Positions 26,246-34,555 of a stretch of 64,000 nucleotides of DNA are shown here, one piece after another. The position numbers and the translations under genes were made by a program. Within the stretch, counting starts at the first letter, position 1. Each line of letters opens with the position of its first letter. The DNA is from Patescibacteria group bacterium (GTDB taxonomy: Bacteria; Patescibacteriota; Patescibacteriia; Patescibacteriales; UBA12465): positions 23,050 through 87,049 of the forward strand of contig JALNZW010000005.1 of the NCBI GenBank assembly GCA_023229115.1, read 5' to 3'. A model generated the notes under the pieces. The model was not told the origin of the DNA. It saw only the letters and a list, made by a program, of their open reading frames with translations, and made no database searches.

Positions 26246-26969
26246 ATTTAGCTTCTTTGATTATTTTTTCAGACAAACTAGTCAAATCATTGTAAATATT
26301 AAAAGCCCAAGAGGCTATATATTCCCTTTCTCCTTGAGGATCTTTTGGCATCCTATTCATGTCTATAAAAACACCTTGTTTATAAGGAAATTCAAAATAC
26401 TCTCTTTGAGACATTACATCTTTTAGTTGTTCAAAAGAAAAACTTTTTCTATCTTGTGCTTTAGCCTCTGCTCGTAGTCTAATTTCTTCCGGAAAATCTT
26501 TATTAAAATTAATATTAATTAAACGAACCAATATTTTTAAATCAGAAATCAAAGTATTATGATAAGACCGACGCAGACCATCAGAGCTAGAAATAGCTGC
26601 TTGATATTTTTCTAAATCATCATAGCTATCTTTTTTTTGTAATTCCAATCTAGTAACCTGAGTTAAATAATTTTTAACATCTTCTAATACTTTAGAAAAA
26701 TAATTTAAAATAATCTTTTTGCGAGATTCAATTATCTCCCTTTCTGCTTGGTTGTCAATTTCGGACTTTAAATCAGCTGATTTAATTAATTCAACTGATT
26801 CATAATATTTTTGAGCTGTTGGACCAAACTTTTTTTCTGACAAATCCCTCTCTCTTTGAGGTTTGTTTTTATTATATTCTTCAATTTCTTCTTTTTCTTC
26901 TCGACTTAATTTTTGACCATAAACATCTGGATGTTTATATAAATCACGAAAGAATTTAATATCACTCAT
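26244..26969 (-). CDS. Hypothetical protein
   Basis: 241-aa ORF, charged and helical; no recognisable family. Confidence 0.55.
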   Translation of the reverse strand: MSDIKFFRDLYKHPDVYGQKLSREEKEEIEEYNKNKPQRERDLSEKKFGPTAQKYYESVELIKSADLKSEIDNQAEREIIESRKKIILNYFSKVLEDVKNYLTQVTRLELQKKDSYDDLEKYQAAISSSDGLRRSYHNTLISDLKILVRLININFNKDFPEEIRLRAEAKAQDRKSFSFEQLKDVMSQREYFEFPYKQGVFIDMNRMPKDPQGEREYIASWAFNIYNDLTSLSEKIIKEAK

Positions 26970-27021
26970 ATTTTATATTATTAATTATTTTAGGCAATAA
27001 TAACATATTTAGAATAATTTG

Positions 27022-27966
27022 TCAAAGAATGTGGCATTGCAGCGAAACGTTTACACTCGCCAGCTCACTCAATCTTTCCATTGGTGTTTTTCCGTCCATT
27101 CCCAATCCTCGATGTTTTTTCTGATAATTATAGTAATGCATAAAAAGATTAAGTCTGTATTGCATTTCTTCTAAAGATTGTCTGGGCGGGAAACCGTATT
27201 TCAAAGCTTTCTGATTCAAAGTACCATGAAATCTTTCTATCTTGCCATTTTCTTCTGGACAATAAAGTGTGTTCAAGCGATGGACTATGTTATATTTTTT
27301 TAATAACTCTTTTAATTTTAAATTGGTAAATTCTCTTCCTTGATCTGTTCGTATTTTTAAAATAGTAAATGGAGCTCTTTCAATTACTTTTTTAACAAAA
27401 TCTATAGTATTATTAGCATTAGCTACTTCATAACTCCAAACAAATGCCCACCTAGAGGCATCATCAATTATGGTATATATTACCTTGCCCTGTTTATACC
27501 CATGCGGATATTTGGTGTCCATCTGCAATTCTTGTCCTGGCACTTGGTGAGAATACAACTGCTTCTTCCATTGTTTTTTGGTATCTATATAATATTTAGT
27601 ATAGCGGATGTTGTTTCTTTTTAAAATACGATAGATAGTAGTAGGGTGAATATTAATATTATGTTCAAACTTAACTCTATCCGAGAGGGTTTCTACTCCA
27701 TCAAAACGATGACTTCTGGCTAATTCGATAATACACCTCTCTATTGGCTCTGAAGTTTTATTGTGAGCCAAAGAACCGCTACTTCTGCTTCTTTTTTGAA
27801 CAATTCCATTTAAGCCAAATCTTTTATATCGACATAACCATTTATGGATAACTTGTCTAGACACAGATAATTCTTTAGCTACAGCAATCACTGTTTGTTT
27901 CTTATCAATAATGTTATTTAACTTCTCTTGTTGTAGTTGCATATATCTTACATCATATAAATTCAT
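27022..27966 (-). CDS. DDE (rve/integrase-core) transposase with an N-terminal HTH
   Basis: 314 aa. HTH region VAKELSVSRQVIHKWLCRY. Catalytic-triad context LQMDTKY, IRTDQGREF and PEENGKIERFHGTL. The ORF runs into the left inverted repeat. Confidence 0.9.
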   Translation of the reverse strand: MNLYDVRYMQLQQEKLNNIIDKKQTVIAVAKELSVSRQVIHKWLCRYKRFGLNGIVQKRSRSSGSLAHNKTSEPIERCIIELARSHRFDGVETLSDRVKFEHNINIHPTTIYRILKRNNIRYTKYYIDTKKQWKKQLYSHQVPGQELQMDTKYPHGYKQGKVIYTIIDDASRWAFVWSYEVANANNTIDFVKKVIERAPFTILKIRTDQGREFTNLKLKELLKKYNIVHRLNTLYCPEENGKIERFHGTLNQKALKYGFPPRQSLEEMQYRLNLFMHYYNYQKKHRGLGMDGKTPMERLSELASVNVSLQCHIL

Positions 27967-28048
27967 AGCTTTATATACTTAATGATTACATTATTAAGTA
28001 TATAATTTGTCATTCAAATGTGTAAACCTTTTTGCAGCAATGTTAACA
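27029..28048 (-). mobile_element. IS481-family-like insertion sequence (~1.0 kb)
   Basis: Imperfect terminal inverted repeats tgtggcattgcagcgaaacgtttacac (left) and the reverse complement tgttaacattgctgcaaaaaggtttacac (right). AAGAA on both flanks is a possible 5-bp target duplication. Ends +/-5 nt. Confidence 0.65.
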
Positions 28049-28079
28049 AAGAAAATATTATCTTTTATTTTTATAGGCA

Positions 28080-28108
28080 TTGACATTTTATTTCAAATAT
28101 GATATAGT
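28080..28108 (+). promoter_or_regulatory. Near-consensus promoter (TTGACA-17 nt-TATAGT)
   Basis: TTGACA at 28080-28085, TATAGT at 28103-28108, about 40 nt upstream of the ATG at 28149, which has an aaaagga RBS. Confidence 0.45.
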
Positions 28109-28148
28109 ACATTCATTGCACATTAAGTTTAACCTAAAAATTAAAAGG

Positions 28149-28496
28149 ATGGATTTAGTAATCATTAAAACTCCAGACCCAATTTTTGGGCAGGAAGCTG
28201 TATGTTATTTTAACCTACGACCCATAAAGGGTGTTTGGCATGCCGATGTTGTATTTACTGAAAGTCGAATTGGTGATCAGGGGCTAAAAACAGTCCCCTG
28301 GAAAGAAATTAAATTTCTCAATGATCCCAACGACGAAAGAAAAAATGGTTATATGAGGGACCACTTGCAAGAAAGAGCAAGTCACATCGAAAAAGCTACC
28401 AAGTCTTTCAAAAAAGTTACCAAAAAAATTTCAAGAATTAAAAATTTGTTAACTAAGGAAATTTTGTTTAAAAATCTCCTATGGGGGATGAATTAG
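28149..28496 (+). CDS. Hypothetical protein
   Basis: ATG at 28149 is preferred over the TTG at 28080, which lies inside the promoter. A terminator follows. Confidence 0.5.
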   Translation: MDLVIIKTPDPIFGQEAVCYFNLRPIKGVWHADVVFTESRIGDQGLKTVPWKEIKFLNDPNDERKNGYMRDHLQERASHIEKATKSFKKVTKKISRIKNLLTKEILFKNLLWGMN

Positions 28497-28509
28497 CAAT
28501 TTTTGAAAC

Positions 28510-28543
28510 AAAAAAAGCGGAAAAATATTCCGCTTCTTTTTTT
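28510..28543. terminator. Bidirectional terminator
   Basis: gcggaa-aaata-ttccgc flanked by an A-run and a T-run, between convergent genes. Confidence 0.65.
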
Positions 28544-28555
28544 GTCTAAAAATTT

Positions 28556-29965
28556 TTATTTTTCTTTGATATTAAAAACACTCTTGATAGCTTCACTTAA
28601 ATTTCTACTGAAAATAAATTCTAATTTTTTAAAATTATTTTTCATTCTCTCTTTTTCTGATTCTGATAAAGAGTTCGGCAATAAAACATCAGTAAAGCCC
28701 ATTTTTTCAATTTCTCTCAGGCGCATATCAAGATAAGACACCGGACGAAGTTCGCCTCCTAAACCCAACTCTCCTAAAACAGCAGTTTTGCCTAAAATTT
28801 CTTGATTTAAAAAAGAAGATATAATTGATAAACAAACTGCCAAATCTAAGGCTGGATCACTAGCTCTTAAACCGCCAACAATATTTAAAATGATATCTTG
28901 GTTCATTAAATCTAGTTTTTGCTTCTTAGATATAACTGCCGCTAAAACTTGCAAACGATTTAAGTCAAAACCAGACGATTTTCTCTGTGGGTAACCAAAA
29001 ACAGTTCTACTTACTAAAGCTTGAACATTAATTAAAAAAGGACGATTACCTTCAACTACACAGGAAAAAATAGAGCCAGGAAATGAATGCGACAAATCAT
29101 TATCTAAAAAAACAGAGCTGGTATTTTTAACTTCTTCAAACCCAAAACTAGTCATCTCTAAAACACCAATTTCATTAACACTACCAAAACGATTTTTACT
29201 AGAGCGAAGAACAGAATAAGCTCCACGACCATCATTTTCTAAAGACAAAACAACATCCACTATATGCTCTAGTGACTTTGGCCCAGCCACTTGTCCATCT
29301 TTAGTAATATGACCAATTAAAAAAACAGGGATGTTATATTTTTTAGCCAATTCCATGAACTTAACAGCAATAGCCCTGATTTGACTAACACCACCAGCTT
29401 CGCTAGGAAGTAAGGCCGAATAAATAGTTTGAATAGAGTCAGCTATTAAAAGATCCGGCTTATTTTTAATGGCCGTGGCAATTATTTTTTCCAAATTAGT
29501 TTCACTAACAAAATCAAAAGACTTTAAATTGCATTTTAATCTTTCTAATCTTAATTTCACTTGACCAGCTGATTCCTCTCCAGAAACATATAGCACCTTA
29601 GAAAAAGTTTTATTGTGTTTAACTATAGAATCAGAAATTTGAGCTAGCAATGTTGATTTTCCAACTCCTGGCTCACCACTAAGCAAAATTAATGACCCTT
29701 GAATAAGGCCACCACCCAAAACACGATCCAACTCCGAAACTCCAGTTTTAAATCTATCAGATACTAACCCAGAAATATTTTCTAAATTAACAACTTCAAC
29801 TGAAGCTATTTTATCTATAATGTTTTTTTCATTATTTTTTTTCTCATCAGACAAACTTTCCACCAAAGTTCCCCAACCACCACATTCTAAACAGCGCCCA
29901 CTCCATTTAGGAAATTGAGCACCGCAATTTTGACATTCAAAAATTGTTTTTATTTTAGAAGACAT
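28556..29965 (-). CDS. radA: DNA repair protein RadA/Sms
   Basis: 469 aa. Zinc finger CQNCGAQFPKWSGRCLECGGWG, Walker A GEPGVGKSTLL, KNRFG motif, Lon-like C-terminal domain. Confidence 0.95.
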   Translation of the reverse strand: MSSKIKTIFECQNCGAQFPKWSGRCLECGGWGTLVESLSDEKKNNEKNIIDKIASVEVVNLENISGLVSDRFKTGVSELDRVLGGGLIQGSLILLSGEPGVGKSTLLAQISDSIVKHNKTFSKVLYVSGEESAGQVKLRLERLKCNLKSFDFVSETNLEKIIATAIKNKPDLLIADSIQTIYSALLPSEAGGVSQIRAIAVKFMELAKKYNIPVFLIGHITKDGQVAGPKSLEHIVDVVLSLENDGRGAYSVLRSSKNRFGSVNEIGVLEMTSFGFEEVKNTSSVFLDNDLSHSFPGSIFSCVVEGNRPFLINVQALVSRTVFGYPQRKSSGFDLNRLQVLAAVISKKQKLDLMNQDIILNIVGGLRASDPALDLAVCLSIISSFLNQEILGKTAVLGELGLGGELRPVSYLDMRLREIEKMGFTDVLLPNSLSESEKERMKNNFKKLEFIFSRNLSEAIKSVFNIKEK

Positions 29966-29970
29966 AAATA

Positions 29971-30840
29971 CTATTCATTTTTTCTCAATTCATTTTCAAC
30001 TATCTCTTCTAGTTCGTCTTGATCAAGATTCCCTAAAAAATCTCTATCATTAATATAAATATAGGGAATACCTAGAACGCCTAGATTCTCCGCCTCGATA
30101 ATATTATTTAAGATCAAATTATCAACATTATTTTCATTCATACATGACAAAAAACTGTCTAAATTTAATCCAGCTTTTCCGGCTAAAACTAAAAATAAAT
30201 CACTATTTAAAGTAGAAAATTTTTCTCCTTCTTTATAAAGCAAATCACTATAAGCCCAAAAATTATTTTGCTCTTGAGCGCAACGAGCAGCTCGAGCAGC
30301 TTGATAAGAAAATCCTTTTTTATCTTTTGTGTCTGGATAATCCTTCCAGGTAACCGCAATTTTATCTTGATACTTATTAAAAACGTTCTTAATAATTTGA
30401 ACTTGCTCAAAACAAAAAGAACAATTAAAATCAGCAAAATAAAAAATTTTTATTTTTTTAGAAGAATTCTCTCCTAAAAACGGATCCAAATTACTAGTAA
30501 TAGGACTACCAAGGTCTTCATTGTTTTGATTCTGCATATTCAAAAAAGGATCACTCGCTTGACTTATTTTTGAACCATTTTCGATTTTTTCAATTTCAAT
30601 CATGTCCTTCGCTAGAAAAAGAGAATTTTTAAACCAAGCTAAAGAAAAAACTAAAACTAAAAACATTAAAACAGAAACTGAAACAAAAATAACACCAAAA
30701 TAATCTTTTTTATTTTTAATAATTTCTTTTTTACTTTCAACAACTTCTTTTTTAACTATTTTTTTTGTAGTTTTATTTTTTGCAATATTCTTAGTTTTTT
30801 TTGTTTCTTTAATGCCTTCTTTCTGTTTAGATTTATTCAT
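29971..30840 (-). CDS. Membrane-anchored DsbA-family thiol:disulfide oxidoreductase
   Basis: 289 aa. N-terminal basic segment plus a TM helix. Thioredoxin-fold active site FADFNCSFCFEQ (CxxC). Confidence 0.8.
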   Translation of the reverse strand: MNKSKQKEGIKETKKTKNIAKNKTTKKIVKKEVVESKKEIIKNKKDYFGVIFVSVSVLMFLVLVFSLAWFKNSLFLAKDMIEIEKIENGSKISQASDPFLNMQNQNNEDLGSPITSNLDPFLGENSSKKIKIFYFADFNCSFCFEQVQIIKNVFNKYQDKIAVTWKDYPDTKDKKGFSYQAARAARCAQEQNNFWAYSDLLYKEGEKFSTLNSDLFLVLAGKAGLNLDSFLSCMNENNVDNLILNNIIEAENLGVLGIPYIYINDRDFLGNLDQDELEEIVENELRKNE

Positions 30841-30860
30841 ATCTTTGTTTAAATTAATAA

Positions 30861-31469
30861 TTATTGCCAGGAAGCACTATCCACTAACCACTCCCCCCCT
30901 TCCTTAATATAGTTTATTTTTATATTTTGATTAAAAACACTTTCTCCTCCAGCATCTTTAGTCTCAAATCTTTGAGTAGATACAAGAACTTCAACTTGAC
31001 CACTTTCTGGATTAAAATTTTCTATCTCCGGAGAAACAAAAACCTTAGATGTCATTCCATAAAACTCACCTGAATATTCTGAGTTATTTTTTAAATCAAC
31101 AACATAAGAATCAGCCCAAGACTTCATCTCTTTGGTCATCAAATATTTAGATTCAACTATGTTTCCATAATTACCATGACTAGAATAAGATCCAAATCTT
31201 TCAGCAAAATTAGCCGCCATCTTTTTAAAATCCTCTTCGCTCCACTCTCTATCTCTTTCCAGCTCCTCATCAAAGGTATAAATTACCTCGCTCTTTGCTT
31301 TCATTTCTTCATATTTTTGCTGTTCAGTTTTTTCCTCTATCTTTTCTTCTGGTTTAGAAAAATGATTTTTCTTATCACCACCTAAAAAAGCAAAATAAAT
31401 AAACAGTAAAATTAAAATAAAAAGGATTGCTATTAAAATTTTACCTATTTTTTTCTTGTTATTTTCCAT
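30861..31469 (-). CDS. Membrane-anchored protein of the T4SS-like cluster (possible VirB8/TcpC-like NTF2-fold component; speculative)
   Basis: 202 aa. A single N-terminal TM helix, then a soluble domain ending in beta-rich sequence (VEVLVSTQRFETKD...INYIKEGGEWLVDSASW). Assigned by position only. Confidence 0.5.
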   Translation of the reverse strand: MENNKKKIGKILIAILFILILLFIYFAFLGGDKKNHFSKPEEKIEEKTEQQKYEEMKAKSEVIYTFDEELERDREWSEEDFKKMAANFAERFGSYSSHGNYGNIVESKYLMTKEMKSWADSYVVDLKNNSEYSGEFYGMTSKVFVSPEIENFNPESGQVEVLVSTQRFETKDAGGESVFNQNIKINYIKEGGEWLVDSASWQ

Positions 31470-31494
31470 AATTTTATAAAATTATTTTATATTT

Positions 31495-33396
31495 TTAATT
31501 ATTTCCTTCTTGTTCTCTTTGTTTGCGAGCAAACTCTTTTTTAGCCTCTTCTTGCTCTAATAATTGACGAGGGTCAGAGGTTATTAATTGATCTTCGCTA
31601 TAAGAAGCAACTATTTTAATGGCCACATGCTTATTGCCAGCAAAGAAAATACCTTCACCAACGCCACATTCTAAAAGTAAAAATTTTTCACCCTCAGTCA
31701 ACATAAAGGTTTTCTGCACCAAATCAATAGCGGCTGGAGATTGTTTCAATAAAATCTGCAAAGATGAATTAGTAACAATAGCTTTGCCATAAGGAGAAGT
31801 CAAAAAGTCATTAACATCCTGAGTGATAGTAGTTACTCCCAAATAATACTTACGGCATCTTTTAACTAAAGCAAAAATAAATTTAGCACTATCTTCGTTT
31901 TGCATCATCCACCAAGCTTCATCAATAATCAGAACTCTTTTCTTGGTTTCACTTCTAACTACATTCCAAATATAATTAACAATTGTATAAATAGCCATCG
32001 GTCGAAGTTCGTCCTCCAAATCTCTAACGGAGAAACAAACCATTTGATTATTCATCTCCACGTTGGTCGGATTATTTAAAAAGCCAGAAAAAGTTCCTTC
32101 GGTATATTTTTTAAGTCTTTGGGCTAAATCAGATCCACCCTCCATACCATCCAAAACTTGTTGAAAATCAGATAAAATTGGTGGCTCTATCTGTGATAAA
32201 TTAGAATCGGGAGTAATATCTTTTTTGGCATAAGTTTCAAGTAAAGCTCTATCAACCACAGAGTCTTCATCATAATTTAAAGCTCCAGTCATTAAGCGAA
32301 CCAAGCCCTTTAAGGTAATAACAGCACTTCTAATTATATCTTTTGGTTTAGCCTCGCCACCAATAGCTCTCGGCAAATCAAAAGGATTAATTTTACTTTC
32401 ACTAGCCAAAGAAATATTTATATAAGTACCGCCAACAGCATCTGATAAATGTTTATATTCATATTCAGGATCAATAACGATTACATCTGAACCCATCATT
32501 AATGATCTTAAAACTTCCAATTTAATACAATAACTTTTACCCGCTCCAGAAGTAGCAAAAACAACTGAATTAGCATTTTGTAAACTAAAGCGATCAAATA
32601 AAATCAAGCTATTATTATGACGATTTATTCCATAAAGAACCCCCCTGTCGCTGGTCAATTCGCTAGAAATAAAAGGGAAAGAAGAAGCGATAGGAGACGA
32701 ATTCATGTTAAAAGTAATATAAAGGTCGTCATTTCCTATAGGCAGACAGGAATTAAAACCTTGTTCTGCTTGATAAAAAGCTCTTTTAGAATAAACTAAT
32801 CTAGACCCAAAAACATCTTCAACTTGGTCTGATAAACGATCCAGTTGCTCTAAATCATCGGCATAAATAGTTATATACAGGCCAAATTGAAAAAATCTTT
32901 CAGTTCCTTGAGTTAAAGAGTCTCTTAAAGATTCAATATCACGTAAAGCTGTTTCTCTAATTGGATCTCTTGGGGCTCCTTTTTCAGAGTCAGACATAAT
33001 TTGAGCCTCCAAATTACCCACCCTAGACTTTAATTGCTTTAAAATAATAGCACTCTTAACTGGATAAAAAAACATGGAAACATCAAAACATTCATTTAAA
33101 TTAATAATAGGAGCAAACCAGCCAACACTGATATATCTAGGATAGGTTATAACAAAAATTGTTCTTAAAAATTTTTGTCCCAACATTAAATAAGTCGGAT
33201 TAACTTTAAAGCTAGCAGGAGAAATTAAATCCCTAACAGACAAAGCACCACGAAGCAAGGCTTTTTCTTCTTCAATTAATTCCCTGGTAATATTGATATC
33301 CTCTTCCTTGGCGCTAAAACGTTGTAGCTCCTCTTCAACAATACCTTTCTTTTTTTTCTTTTCTAAATCTTGTCTTTGACTTTTTAAATCTATCAT
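31495..33396 (-). CDS. VirB4/TrsE-type T4SS ATPase (C-terminal ~3/4 of a full-length homolog)
   Basis: 633 aa. Walker A FATSGAGKSY, Walker B VLIIDEAWWMM, and the TrsE-like segment FVITYPRYISVGWFAPIINL. Confidence 0.88.
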   Translation of the reverse strand: MIDLKSQRQDLEKKKKKGIVEEELQRFSAKEEDINITRELIEEEKALLRGALSVRDLISPASFKVNPTYLMLGQKFLRTIFVITYPRYISVGWFAPIINLNECFDVSMFFYPVKSAIILKQLKSRVGNLEAQIMSDSEKGAPRDPIRETALRDIESLRDSLTQGTERFFQFGLYITIYADDLEQLDRLSDQVEDVFGSRLVYSKRAFYQAEQGFNSCLPIGNDDLYITFNMNSSPIASSFPFISSELTSDRGVLYGINRHNNSLILFDRFSLQNANSVVFATSGAGKSYCIKLEVLRSLMMGSDVIVIDPEYEYKHLSDAVGGTYINISLASESKINPFDLPRAIGGEAKPKDIIRSAVITLKGLVRLMTGALNYDEDSVVDRALLETYAKKDITPDSNLSQIEPPILSDFQQVLDGMEGGSDLAQRLKKYTEGTFSGFLNNPTNVEMNNQMVCFSVRDLEDELRPMAIYTIVNYIWNVVRSETKKRVLIIDEAWWMMQNEDSAKFIFALVKRCRKYYLGVTTITQDVNDFLTSPYGKAIVTNSSLQILLKQSPAAIDLVQKTFMLTEGEKFLLLECGVGEGIFFAGNKHVAIKIVASYSEDQLITSDPRQLLEQEEAKKEFARKQREQEGNN

Positions 33397-33405
33397 AAAA
33401 ATATT

Positions 33406-34080
33406 TTATAATTCTACTTGCAAATTACCAATATCAGTTAAAACTTGATTTTTAACTGTCTCCGGATTATAAAAACCATAATAAAGTTCAATCAACTCTT
33501 GCGTATTTAATTGATTGACATCAACCCCCAAAGACATTAAAGCTGAAATAACGCTATCAACCCTTCTAGATAAAGATTCTTTATATCGTAAAAACTTAAC
33601 CTCCTTCAATCTAAAAATACTAGCTGGTTTTAAAGCCTCGGATAGAAGAGAAAAAAAACCTTTACGCTTGTCTCCAGCCGGATTATAAGAAACAACTACA
33701 AAAAATTTTTTATTCATAATTTTACCAATAGAAACAAGCTCTTTAATATATTCCATGTATTCAGCCGTCTGAATCTTTAATAAACGATTAGTCTGTTCTC
33801 TTTCTTGCTTTTTTAAATAATCAAGATAATTTTGAACATTTAAATCCCTAGACTGAATTACAATCTGTAAAGGAGTATTTAAATTATTTAAAAAACTAAC
33901 ATAAGCAGAAATAATAGCATTTTGTTCATCTTCACTTTTCAGGGCAAAATTAATACTAGAAACACCCAAAACAGCCCTTAAACTACCGTCTTTCATTACT
34001 ACTGTATCATACTTAATCTCAGCAATGTCCAAATATTGCTGAGTTGATGCTGCCTGCATTTTTGATTTTTTCTCGGCCAT
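33406..34080 (-). CDS. Probable detached N-terminal domain of VirB4
   Basis: 224 aa. The pattern IAEIKYDTVVMKDGSLRAVLGVSSINFALKSEDEQ...LNTPLQIVIQSR resembles the N-terminus of Gram-positive VirB4 proteins. It is in the same reading frame as the ATPase ORF, separated by one TAA and three codons. Confidence 0.55.
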   Translation of the reverse strand: MAEKKSKMQAASTQQYLDIAEIKYDTVVMKDGSLRAVLGVSSINFALKSEDEQNAIISAYVSFLNNLNTPLQIVIQSRDLNVQNYLDYLKKQEREQTNRLLKIQTAEYMEYIKELVSIGKIMNKKFFVVVSYNPAGDKRKGFFSLLSEALKPASIFRLKEVKFLRYKESLSRRVDSVISALMSLGVDVNQLNTQELIELYYGFYNPETVKNQVLTDIGNLQVEL

Positions 34081-34093
34081 ATTCTAAATAATC

Positions 34094-34552
34094 TTATGAA
34101 TTAAAATCAGTCTCACTAGCTAAAATTTTGTCACTATCATCCCCCTTATATCTTCCTTTAGTATCAACTACTAAAGAAACCTTAGCCAACTTAGTTTTAT
34201 CTAAATATTTTTGTCTAGTAACAATATTCTCGTACTTAAAATCTTTTTCCTCTTTCTTTTCGATGGTTGCTGATTTATGATTCCAAACTCTCAAACTTGG
34301 TTTTTTCATTGTTTGTACAAAATTCAAAACAAAATAATGAAATGGACGACCATTAACCTTTAAAAAAGCAACTGTTCCAAAAATACCAAAAATAAGAACG
34401 CTAGCGATAACAAAGCCCATAAAATCCAAGGTTTTGTAGGCAATAAACATCAAGAAAGCAGCGACTAGCAAAATTATAAATTGTCTAGCGGTTATCGGTC
34501 CAATAATTTTTGGTTCAACATCAATAAATTGTGGAACAGTAAATTGTTGCAT
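34094..34552 (-). CDS. PrgI-family (VirB3-like) T4SS membrane protein
   Basis: 152 aa. VPQFIDVEPKIIGPITARQFIILLVAAFLMF followed by a second TM helix matches the PrgI family pattern. It sits immediately upstream of VirB4. Confidence 0.72.
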   Translation of the reverse strand: MQQFTVPQFIDVEPKIIGPITARQFIILLVAAFLMFIAYKTLDFMGFVIASVLIFGIFGTVAFLKVNGRPFHYFVLNFVQTMKKPSLRVWNHKSATIEKKEEKDFKYENIVTRQKYLDKTKLAKVSLVVDTKGRYKGDDSDKILASETDFNS

Positions 34553-34555
34553 AAA

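Noticed and set aside
28503-28736. 77-aa plus-strand ORF overlapping the radA 3' end
   Set aside because: It starts inside the bidirectional terminator, runs antisense to radA and gives a low-complexity translation.
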